Shown here piece after piece: positions 1-10,431 of a stretch of DNA of 51,736 nt. The translations under genes and the position numbers were made by a program. The notes under the pieces were generated by a model that was not told the origin of the DNA, did not search any database, and saw only the letters and a list, made by a program, of their open reading frames with translations. Location: NCBI GenBank assembly GCA_048213135.1, contig PS015261.1, forward strand, positions 38,905 to 90,640, in the 5' to 3' direction. Positions within the stretch are counted from its first letter, which is position 1; each line of letters starts with the position of its first letter. The DNA comes from Reclinomonas americana ATCC 50394. Taxonomy: Eukaryota.

Positions 1-19
1 CCCTCTCCCCTCCCGCCAG

Positions 20-336
20 TTGATCCAACACTGGTCGAGTCTCCCCGAGCTCCGCAGCACCCCGAGCCGCTTCTCCTCCTTTGGCGACGCCCGCGCCCTC
101 TCCTCCAACGTGTGGAAGCGCAAGCACGTGGTCGACCCGTCGTCGCTGGTGGTTCGCGAGGACCGTCGCTCCGTCTTCATGGACCTGTTGAATGAGATGT
201 TTGCGGCGTACCGCGAGGAGAAGCGCGACGAGTTGGTGTCGAAGCTGAGCGAGAAGAGCGTGGCTGACATTCAGGCCGCCTCGGCGGGTTCGGCGGCGGG
301 AGCCTCGGGAAGTGGTGCGAGTGGCAGTGGGTCGGG
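20..336 (+). CDS. Internal exon of an unidentified gene, running into an N gap
   Basis: Pyrimidine tract plus CAG acceptor at 17-19, then an open frame with GC3-rich codons (LIQHWSSLPELRS...EEKRDELVSKL); no family recognised. Confidence 0.6.
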
Positions 337-933
337 NNNNNNNNNNNNNNNNNNNNNNNNNNNNNNNNNNNNNNNNNNNNNNNNNNNNNNNNNNNNNNNN
401 NNNNNNNNNNNNNNNNNNNNNNNNNNNNNNNNNNNNNNNNNNNNNNNNNNNNNNNNNNNNNNNNNNNNNNNNNNNNNNNNNNNNNNNNNNNNNNNNNNNN
501 NNNNNNNNNNNNNNNNNNNNNNNNNNNNNNNNNNNNNNNNNNNNNNNNNNNNNNNNNNNNNNNNNNNNNNNNNNNNNNNNNNNNNNNNNNNNNNNNNNNN
601 NNNNNNNNNNNNNNNNNNNNNNNNNNNNNNNNNNNNNNNNNNNNNNNNNNNNNNNNNNNNNNNNNNNNNNNNNNNNNNNNNNNNNNNNNNNNNNNNNNNN
701 NNNNNNNNNNNNNNNNNNNNNNNNNNNNNNNNNNNNNNNNNNNNNNNNNNNNNNNNNNNNNNNNNNNNNNNNNNNNNNNNNNNNNNTGAGGGTGAGGGGG
801 AAGGGTGAGGGGGAAGGGTGAGGGGAAAGGGAGAGGGTGAGAGAGGGAGGGGGAGGGGGAGAGGGAAAGAGAGAGAGAAGAGAGAAAGCGCAAACGTCCC
901 TCACTCACACACATGCACGACAAGAGACGCAAC

Positions 934-1101
934 TGCTTCCGTAGACGGCGCATCAACCAACTGATCCTTCTCCAGCGAATACAGACGCGCCATCAACGCG
1001 CACAGAAACAGAGTGGATTTCTTCGGGTCGCTCCTGCAAAACAACAAACACGGAGAGAGAATGGTCATGCAAAATAATTTCTCCTCAATCTCTCTCTCTC
1101 A

Positions 1102-1153
<52 letters not shown>

Positions 1154-1456
1154 ACTCACACACTCACACACTCACTCTCTCTCACTCACTCACTCACACA
1201 CATACTCACACACACTGACTCATACTCACACACTCAAAAGCACACAAGGATGCACGCAGAGAGAAGAGAGACACACGCACACGTACATGACAAGCCTTGT
1301 GTATGCTTGACTGCGACATGACCGACCATGTCTCTCTCTTTTCCTCTCTCACCTCAGCTGCGTCCACATCTCGAATCCGGCCTCGATGCTCAGCGCGACC
1401 CCGCGGAGCACGCACTGGTCCAACTGCGCCAGCAACTGGCGCTCTTCCGATGACAT
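934..1456 (-). CDS. 5' part of an unidentified gene (exons 1456-1353, 1033-~934), continuing toward the gap
   Basis: CACA-ATG start; AG|GTGAGA donor and TTTTGCAG acceptor join in frame to MSSEERQLLAQLDQCVLRGVALSIEAGFEMWTQLRSDPKKSTLFLCALMARLYSLEKDQ. Confidence 0.55.
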
Positions 1457-2348
1457 TGTGTGGTGTGTGACAATCGTGGACAGACGATGGCGCGGCGGGA
1501 GAGCACCTCTTGTGCGTGTGTTGTGTTGTGCTTCTTCTTTGCACGTGCGTCTCACATTGCGAGGATCAAGTACGCGTACACTCGCATCAAGTGCTTCATT
1601 GCGTACAGTGCGCTCTTTTGCGTCGCGCGATAAAAGGTCTTGCCCCCACATGTGGATGTATCTCGATGGCACTGCCCTGCACTAGTGCCAGCGAGTATGG
1701 GAACACACGTGTGTATGCACACGCAGCATTGACGGCCTGGTGGGTAATCCGTCGGTCGTATGATGCAAGACCGGCAATGATTGTGTGTCGCAGAGCGGTT
1801 CGAAGTCAGAGCGCTCAGGGGCGCTCACATGTACATGTACTGGATGGTGGTGAGTGCGATGGCATGGTGCATGTGTGCATGCTCTGCGATCACGTCGATT
1901 GCAATGTCGTAACCAGAAATGCAGCCTTTGATGATCCCCGTCATTGCAAGGGTCAGGCGTCCGTCGCGATCGTGACGATTGGTGACGACCTCTCTGGGTG
2001 GTGTGTGGCAAAGACTGACAGCGCAATTGCCATTGGTGCCCTCGTGCGGTCATGGAAGAGCCTGAGGCTCTTCGCAGAGAGTGTCATGATCCTTGGGTTC
2101 CGAGCAGCCTGTTAGCACTTTGGCGCCGCGCCAGCCTGCTTCGGTTTGAGGAAGGATGCCATGTTGTCTCCCCTCGCAAGGTGTGTGTTGTTACTTTGTC
2201 AAGCATGCATTTGCCTGGCAGTGACGGACAGCCGGGAGCTAAATCCGGCCCATCACTCCGACAAGGCCATGACGCTGACCGGACGTCGCGATCGACGTCG
2301 CGGCGGCAAGGCGAAGCAAGCGGAGGACATCGACTTTTTATCTATTTC

Positions 2349-2888
2349 ATGCAGCGCGCGGGAGAGGAGGCCAGGAGACTGTACCGGGAGCAGGTCAGGT
2401 TACTGTACCGCGCCTTCATGGGCGAGCCTCTGCTATTCTTTATCGGCATGCACATGCTGTCGGTAGCCCTCGACAACGAGATGGAGCCCGAGCCCAGGAT
2501 GGGCTACGTGGCACTCTCGATCGCCGACTCGTTGATGCACGACGACGATGTTAATGTTGCACTCCGCCTGATGGCCAGGCGGGGGAATGTGTCGCTGATG
2601 AAGCGACAAACGGAGCTCATGATGCGGAGCGACATGTTTTTCTACACCGGGCTGGCCACCAAGTGCAGGGATAGGGATGGCAGGATCACGGATGCGCTGA
2701 TGAACATGTCGGATAGCGCCATGCGCGTACTGTGCCTGCGCATGTCGGTCGACGTGCAGTTTGCCGAGCGCATCCGTGTCAGCGGCGATGGCGTCCAGCA
2801 GAGCGACCTGCCGCACATGGTCAACATGTGCGAGTGCGTCAGTGAGATAGTGGAGAGGGTAATATACACACCCGCAATAGACGATTAA
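2349..2888 (+). CDS. Intronless 179-aa Met-rich hypothetical protein
   Basis: Clean ATG-TAA ORF with non-repetitive, helical-looking sequence and AT-rich flanks; no family recognised. Confidence 0.6.
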   Translation: MQRAGEEARRLYREQVRLLYRAFMGEPLLFFIGMHMLSVALDNEMEPEPRMGYVALSIADSLMHDDDVNVALRLMARRGNVSLMKRQTELMMRSDMFFYTGLATKCRDRDGRITDALMNMSDSAMRVLCLRMSVDVQFAERIRVSGDGVQQSDLPHMVNMCECVSEIVERVIYTPAIDD

Positions 2889-3800
2889 TGAAAAAAGCAA
2901 TATAAATTGCATGTCGACAAATCCCATGCCGACAATGACCTTGGCACACTGCTTATATGCAAGACACATAGTTACTCTCCTCCAACAGTCGTCTTCCCTT
3001 TCTGCAGGCAAAGCCAATCAAACGCGCGCGTTCTCGTGAGCACAAGGAAATCGAGGCTCGATCGCGATCGCAAGATTTGTTGGCGATCTCTCGCGATCGT
3101 TGCTTATTGTCGTGTGCGGAGCAGTGAAGGTTTCTGTAATAGTTGATGATCACCACCGATGCCTGTGTGTCGTGCCTCTGTTAGAGAGGAGAGGAGCGAA
3201 CACTTAGTCGAGGACACCCTGACGATTGCCTCGGGAGCTCCCCTTTCGGTTCGCTTCTGTTGGCTTCCTCTCTTCGGAGAGCAAGCCACCTGGTCGGTAC
3301 TTTACTGTGGTGATCACCCAACCCGCCCGAACCACGGCCGCGCGCTGGAACAGACGAACTCTGTTGATATCGTGCATCTGCATCCGCATGCATTTCCAGA
3401 CTTGGCGAGAGCAAATTCGAACACGCTCACGCGCAGACCGCTCTTCTGCGCATGCTTTCGTCAAGGTTTGCGCTTCTGTCCACAGCCATCAAGACCTCTG
3501 CGCGCTTTCCATGTCGGTGGAGGCACAGCAATAAAAAGATCCCTGCGCATGCGCAACATCAATCCCGCAGCGGACACACGTCATGTTCGAATTCATGATC
3601 ACACCGCCTCTCCGCACACAGTGGCTCTCAGCCTTCACTTCACCAGCGGAAACGCCTGCGAGGCTACCATAGTCTCTCTCAATTGCGGGCTACTGCGCGA
3701 GTACTTGCGCGCGTTGTCCGGATATCGTGGATATCCGAACACGACTTTTTTCCTTTGTTGGTGGAGAGCTCGTACACACCCTCAGGAGAGACTAGAAAAA

Positions 3801-4557
3801 ATGCGGTACACTACTCTCGCTGTCTTGCTGGTACTCTGTGCCAGCGTCCTCTTGTCGGCGCCTGCAGTCGCTCGCGCGCGCCTCTCCGACGACGACCTCG
3901 ACACACTGCTCGAGGAGCTCCAGCTCGACGGTACCGCACACTGCTTGCCATTTCTCTCTCCAATGTGGTTGTGTTGCGCTCTCCCTCACTCTCCTTGCTG
4001 CTGCTACTCCTGGTTGTCGCAACAGATGACTTGGAACGTGAGTGCTGTCGCTTTTCATGCAAGCCCACTGCGGTATGCCTCCTCACCACTCTCCTCCCTC
4101 CTCCCCTCTGCAGTTGCCGCTGTCACCGCAACCAACGGAGCCGCTGCCGTGGCGCACCTGAAGGACCCGACCAACAAGTGGAAGTACAATCCGATCGTCG
4201 TTCCCAAGGTCGGCAAAGGCAAGAAACAGGACTCGGCCGTGGTCGGTGCCTTCGTCGTGGACTACTTCTTCCCCAAGATTGCCAAGGTGCGTGTACACTT
4301 GCCAAGGTGGGCGTACGATCGCAAGAGTGCCGTCTGTGACCGCCCGCATGCGCACGCAGTACCCGCACTGGCACGCCGTGTTGAGCAGTGATGGGAGCTC
4401 GCTGAAGTACCTGGGCTATCACCTCGTTGACGGCACACAGTTCAAGTATGTAGAGGGCGGTGTGGTGAAGTCCACCTGGGCCGTCGACATCAACAACATC
4501 GGCAATGCGACCAACAGGGCCGCCGGCAATGCCCTTCTCACGGCGTTCACCTCTTGA
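3801..4557 (+). CDS. Secreted pre-pro-protein, paralog A (170 aa; exons 3801-3930, 4026-4037, 4114-4286, 4360-4557)
   Basis: GT-AG introns give a 513-nt ORF: signal peptide, acidic segment, Lys-rich domain with PHWHAVLSSDG. Exon structure matches paralog B. Confidence 0.9.
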
Positions 4558-4732
4558 TCATGAGGGTGTCCCTTGCTTTCCTTGAGTGTGCTTTGCACGT
4601 GAAGAATGTATACAACAATGAATCGGCGAATGTGCGACTGCCGGCCGCGCGCGGCGACTTGCCACTGTGTAGCTATTGCATGGTAGCGCGCACGCGCGAG
4701 TGAACGTACGCGTGCAGCGTGTACTCTGTAGC

Positions 4733-4868
4733 TTTCGTCGTTTTTTCCGTGATGTCTGATCATGAGTTTCTGCAGCTGGTGCTCACTCAAGATATCGATG
4801 GTGATCATCATGCAGCTGTGTTGCTGTTTGGATTAGTAAAGTTGTTGTTGTTGCTGTTGTTGTTGTTG
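4733..4868. repeat. Dispersed repeat family, copy A, ending in a (TTG)n tract
   Basis: Aligns by eye with 26616-26700 (agtttctg..ggt.ctc.ctca.gat...gatcatcatgca.ctgtgttg) and with the arms at 5948-5977 and 6380-6436. Confidence 0.7.
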
Positions 4869-5159
4869 CACATGTTGTTCATGCATGCGCATGCGCATTC
4901 ATTGCGATCGTTAACGTTGCAACTTCACCCATGCGCGCGCTGCGCATGTCGCATGTCGCGCGCGCACTCCGGATCCTCGCGCTCACCTGGCACGCTTGCA
5001 TGCGCACCATTGCCACGGACATTGGACAGCCGCACAGGAGCCTACTGTAGGCCCTGCTCGCCAGACACTTACAGCGCGAGCTCGATTTGTGTGCGCGTGA
5101 CTGCGCATTGCGAGTGAGCGGACACACACACGCACATACGCACACACACACACACACAG

Positions 5160-5899
5160 ATGAAACACACAACCCTCGCTGTCTTGCTGGTGCTCTGTGC
5201 CAGTGTCCTCTTGTCGGTGCCCGCAGTCGCTCGCGCACGTCTCTCCTCTGAAGACCTCGTCTCACTGCTCGAGGAGCTCCAGCTTGACGGTACCGATACT
5301 GTGGAGCACCAGTTCTCGCTCTCTCACTCACTGTGGTCCTCGTTGCTGCGTGTCGCGTGTGACAGATAATGACTTGGGTTGTGCGTGACACACACGCACA
5401 CATTTGTGTGCATGCGCAGCGCACCCATTGCTGCCACTTTCTCACCTTTCCCTCCGTTGCAGTTGCTGCTGTCACGGCGACTGACGGAGCCGCTGCCGTG
5501 GTACATCTGCAGGACGAGGCCAACAAGTGGAAGCACAACTCGATTGTCGAACCCAAATCGGGTCAAAAAGGCAAGAAAAATAGTAACTCGGCCGCAGTCG
5601 GTGCCACCACTGTGCTGGACTATTACTTCCCCAAGGTTGCCACGGTACGTATACATTGCAGAGCAGTGGCGCTACGGTGGTGTCGTGTGTAGCTCATAGC
5701 ATCGTAACAGAAACCGCACTGGCACGCTGTGTTGAGCAGTGACGGCAAGAAGCTGACCTATCTGGGTTACCACCTCGCTAACGGCACACAGTTCAAGTAT
5801 ATTGAGAACGGCAAGCTGACCGCCAGGGACATCAACACAATGACGCCCGGCAAGAACAAGGATGCTGGCGTTGCGCTTCTCGCCGCTTTCAACTCGTGA
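5160..5899 (+). CDS. Secreted pre-pro-protein, paralog B (171 aa; exons 5160-5289, 5366-5380, 5463-5644, 5711-5899)
   Basis: 516-nt spliced ORF; exons conserved with paralog A while introns have diverged. Confidence 0.9.
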
Positions 5900-5947
5900 G
5901 GGGTGCGGCCCCACAGTAGTGAACTACAACAACAACAACAATTAATT

Positions 5948-6436
5948 CCAACAAACAAGCAACAGCTGTCTTGATGATCACGTCCAACCAAAGCTCTCTT
6001 TTGTTTCAACCACGCCACCAACTACGACACCACCAGTGCTTTTGGCTTTGCCTGCTTCACGGATCCGGACCCGGCTTTGCTTTGTTTGCCTGGCTTACGG
6101 CCTTTTCCCGAAATTCGATGTGCCGTGTACGATCGCAGAAAACGCTATGCGTCTATGCAAGTGCGTCAAATCCACTGGTCAACCACGCTTATGCGGTGAA
6201 GATCGCAGTTAACGTTCTCGACTTGTTCGGAGCTCCGAGAGCGTATAATAATAGAAAGTTCACTGATCCATACACAACAATGAGCATCTACCAGTGATCG
6301 CCAACAAGTCTCGTGTGCTTTTTTCCTTCTACAACTAAAACTGTTTTAAGTGTGTTGTAACACACACACAAGGAACCTGCTGCTGCCTCAAGATTGGTAA
6401 TGTTGGTCATCAAGACAGCTGTTGCTTGTTTGTTGG
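5948..6436. repeat. Perfect 30-bp inverted repeat pair (5948-5977 / 6407-6436); possible MITE-like element
   Basis: ccaacaaacaagcaacagctgtcttgatga and its exact reverse complement enclose ~430 bp of relatively AT-rich DNA; similarity extends imperfectly ~10 bp outward. Confidence 0.8.
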
Positions 6437-6819
6437 TGAATGAATTGATGGAGTGTTGAGCTGCGGAACACGAAGTCGAGGACAATCCATAAAAACAAAA
6501 CACTTCATTCACCACATTCCAATAATGCGACAAATGTATTATAACTGCGTCCTCTCCTTTAGTTCCTTGCTTCTGTAGGCTTCCTCTCTTACGAGAGCAG
6601 GCCACCTGGTTGGCACTTCCGTGGTGGTGTTGTTTGTTTTTCTGTTCGCACTCGGAGCTTCGAACAAGTCGGGAACTGCGATATCGATGGAAATATCGAT
6701 CGCCAACTGCAATATCGAAAAGAGCAACCACAAACGCAAGTGCAGCGACTATTTCGGATCACCGCATTACAGATACGCATCCGCAGAAATCCAACGCAAA
6801 CAAAGCACACGCAACGGAG

Positions 6820-7667
6820 ATGAGTACAATCACGGACAATGATGACGTGTCCCTTTGAGCGACTCTTTTTCCACTTGTGACACGCAACAAACATGCACTG
6901 GATCCCACTCTCACTCGACAGCGCTGTGCTTGTTGCACATGAGACGGATGAGGTCATTGAGGCGTTTCGGCGGTGTCAAGCAACGGAGATTCAACTCAAG
7001 CCAAAGTCATCAGGAGGTCTCACTCTCACTTTCACAGACTCACACACACACACACACAGCTCTCTCTCTCTCTCTCTGTGTGTGTCGTTCTTGCACACAA
7101 TCTTACAGTCAATCACGATCACTCACTCTCAACTCACTCGCTTTCTCACACACTCGCTCTTGAGTTCTTTCTCTCTCACTTTCTCACTCATACACACTCT
7201 CACTCACACACGCTCACTCACTCACACACTCACTCTCAGTCACGCATTCACTCTCAGTCACACACTCTCCTTCTTTCTCACGCACTCTTCTTGTGTTCTT
7301 CCTCACTCTCACTCTCTCACTCTCACTCTCTCTCACGCTCACACACACACACACTCTCTCTCTCTCTCTCTTACTCTCTCTCTCTCTCTCACTCTCACTC
7401 ACTCTCTCTCTCTGTTTCTCTCACAGAACTCGGCACTTTGTATGCCAGTGAAGAGCTGATTGAGCTCTCTCTGGCGATTGATCTGCGAATTCGGGAGCTG
7501 GAGCGATTCTATCTGGAGAACACCACTGGTGAGTGTGTGTGTTTGTGCGTGAATGTGTGTGAGAGAGAGGGGAAATGTGAATGATGTGCGGACCGATTTC
7601 TGCGATTTGTGGGTCCTTTCTTTGTGTGGTCTCCTTCCGTGCATTCAGGTGGACTCTTTTCGTGCCT

Positions 7668-7715
<48 letters not shown>

Positions 7716-7951
7716 NNNNNNNNNNNNNNNNNNNNNNNNNNNNNNNNNNNNNNNNNNNNNNNNNNNNNNNNNNNNNNNNNNNNNNNNNNNNNNNNNNNNN
7801 NNNNNNNNNNNNNNNNNNNNNNNNNNNNNNNNNNNNNNNNNNNNNNNNNNNNNNNNNNNNNNNNNNNNNNNNNNNNNNNNNNNNNNNNNNNNNNNNNNNN
7901 NNNNNNNNNNNNNNNNNNNNNNNNNNNNNNNNNNNNNNNNNNNNNNNNNNC

Positions 7952-7991
<40 letters not shown>

Positions 7992-10312
7992 CTTCAATCT
8001 CTTTCCTTCTCCCCTCCCTCTCTCCCTCGCCTTCTTCCCTCCCTTTCTTGCGTTTCTGCTCCATGCTTCCCTCTACCTCCACTTCCCTATCGCTTCCCTC
8101 GCACTCTCCTTTGCGCTGGTTATGACATCTCATGGCCTCTGTGTCTCACTTTCTCTCCCTTTCCCTCTCACTTTCTCGGTCTGTCGCTCTCCCTCAACTT
8201 CTTTCTCCAGCCCCCCTCCTCCTCATCACGCTCTCATCAACACATGAGCCAGTGTGTCTCTCATCTCCCACCCTTCCTTCCCCTCTCTCTTTCCCTTTCA
8301 CTGTCACTCTCTCTCTCCCTGTCTCTCCATCTCTCTCTATCTCCCTTCTCTTGCCCTTCTGTGTCTCCGTCTCTCACTTTCCCATCACTTCTCATTTATC
8401 TCTTCGCGTGTTTCCCTCCGCGTCTCCGTCGCTCTCTCGGAGACTGGTTACGCTATCTCATGACCTCTGTGTCTCGCTCGCTCCCTCTTCCTTACTGTCT
8501 CACTGTCTCTGTCTCTTCCTCGCTGCTTCTCTCTTCTCGTCTTAGCTTCTTATCATCTCGCTCAAGTCGACTCGTGAGCAAGGTGTCCCCCCCCTCTTCC
8601 CTCCCCTTTCCCCCTTTCCCCTTCCCTCCCCTTTCCTTACCCTTCCCCTTTCCCCTATCCCCTCTCCTCACCCTTCCCCTCCTTCCAGACGACCGCGCCA
8701 TCATCTTCGAAAAGCAACGCATCAAACTTCGCAAATGCCTCCGCCTATTCTTCCAGCAGTTCCAGCGCGTCGGCGCACCCACCGAGGTGCACTCACCCAA
8801 GCGCGAACGCCCCACCAGCGGCAAGGCGCGTCCGACCTCGGGAAGCGCGCGTGGTGGCGCAACAAATGGCGGCGTGGCCAATGGCAAGCAGGCGACGGCC
8901 TCCGCAGCCGCCCCACCATCCTCGTCCCCGCGCCCCGCGTCAGCCGCCTCGTCCATTAGCTCGTCCCCGCGTGCTGCATCGGCGGTGCGTCACGTAGCGT
9001 CTCCTTTTCTCTTTTTCTTTTGTGGCCCCTCATCACGATCACGCACCACAGAGTCCGAATCGCAGTCGCCCGTCCAGTGCGCGCGGCGAGAACCCGGCAG
9101 CACGCTTCGCGGCGGCGGCACGTGGCGCGGNNNNNNNNNNNNNNNNNNNNNNNNNNNNNNNNNNNNNNNNNNNNNNNNNNNNNNNNNNNNNNNNNNNNNN
9201 NNNNNNNNNNNNNNNNNNNNNNNNNNNNNNNNNNNNNNNNNNNNNNNNNNNNNNNNNNNNNNNNNNNNNNNNNNNNNNNNNNNNNNNNNNNNNNNNNNNN
9301 NNNNNNNNNNNNNNNNNNNNNNNNNNNNNNNNNNNNNNNNNNNNNNNNNNNNNNNNNNNNNNNNNNNNNNNNNNNNNNNNNNNNNNNNNNNNNNNNNNNN
9401 NNNNNNNNNNNNNNNNNNNNNNNNNNNNNNNNNNNNNNNNNNNNNNNNNNNNNNNNNNNNNNNNNNNNNNNNNNNNNNNNNNNNNNNNNNNNNNNNNNNN
9501 NNNNNNNNNNNNNNNNNNNNNNNNNNNNNNNNNNNNNNNNNNNNNNNNNNNNNNNNNNNNNNNNNNNNNNNNNNNNNNNNNNNNNNNNNNNNNNNNNNNN
9601 NNNNNNNNNNNNNNNNNNNNNNNNNNNNNNNNNNNNNNNNNNNNNNNNNNNNNNNNNNNNTCCCCTTCGCTCCTCCCCTTCGCTCTCCCCTTCGCTCTCC
9701 CCTTTCGCTCTCCCTTTCGCTCCCCCCCCCCCCCCCACTCGCACTCTCCCCCCTTTGCTCCCCTCTCGCCCCTCACCCCCCTTCCCCCTCTAACCATTCC
9801 CCTTCCCCCTTCCCCTCTACCCCCTTTTTCCTATTAGTGCCACGAGAGATCCGGCGAACCGGCCACCGGCGACGGTCTGTTCACGATGACCCGCGGCCCA
9901 TACGTCGAGCCAACCACACTGAACAAGCCCGAGGTCAACGCGAAGCGGTGGGTCGGCCAGACGGATTTCAAGACCACCGGACTGCGACAGCCGTCTGTGG
10001 TGGACGAGTCGATGACGGGCACGTTTTCGCGGGAACGCGATCTGCCCCAGTTTATCAACAACGGCGTCGGCTACAGCAGCAACAACCCGCACTTTTTCCC
10101 TGACCAGCTGCGCAAATCCGAGCACCGCGATGGATCGCCCGAGTTTGTCACCACTGTGCCGCGCTCTCGGTACGTCGTCATTCCGTTTATTGGAAGTGTT
10201 TCATGGTCTCTGACTCCCTTGTCGCAACAGAGCTGGCATTGCTTTCCGCACACGCAGCATTGGCGATCTCGCCTTCTCGCCACACCGTTCGCGCAGCAAC
10301 CCTCGTTCGTAA
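6820..10312 (+). CDS. Multi-exon hypothetical protein interrupted by two gaps
   Basis: Phase-consistent exons at ~6820-6849, 6922-7016, 7427-7528, from 8689, 9839-10169 and 10231-10312; RPTSG/RPASA low-complexity segments; linkage across the gaps is assumed. Confidence 0.65.
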
Positions 10313-10431
10313 GCGCGGCGAGTGCGTTGGCCCTGTATGTATGTGTGCCCGTGTGCGCACGTGGTGTACATGAAAAAATGAAACCAAAAACACTCGGAAA
10401 AGAATGTCCACTCATTTGTTTTTATCACTGA

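Noticed and set aside
2196-3015. Terminal inverted repeats around the intronless ORF
   Set aside because: Only short gapped similarities and no TSD; indistinguishable from chance.
6288-6731. Minus-strand 147-aa ORF
   Set aside because: Overlaps the repeat arm, lacks GC3 bias and has no recognisable motif.
7509-10103. Long ORFs such as 7581-10103, 23103-25004 and 46894-48831, and SL/ER/HT-repeat ORFs
   Set aside because: Artefacts of N gaps and stop-free CT/GA/CA microsatellite introns.
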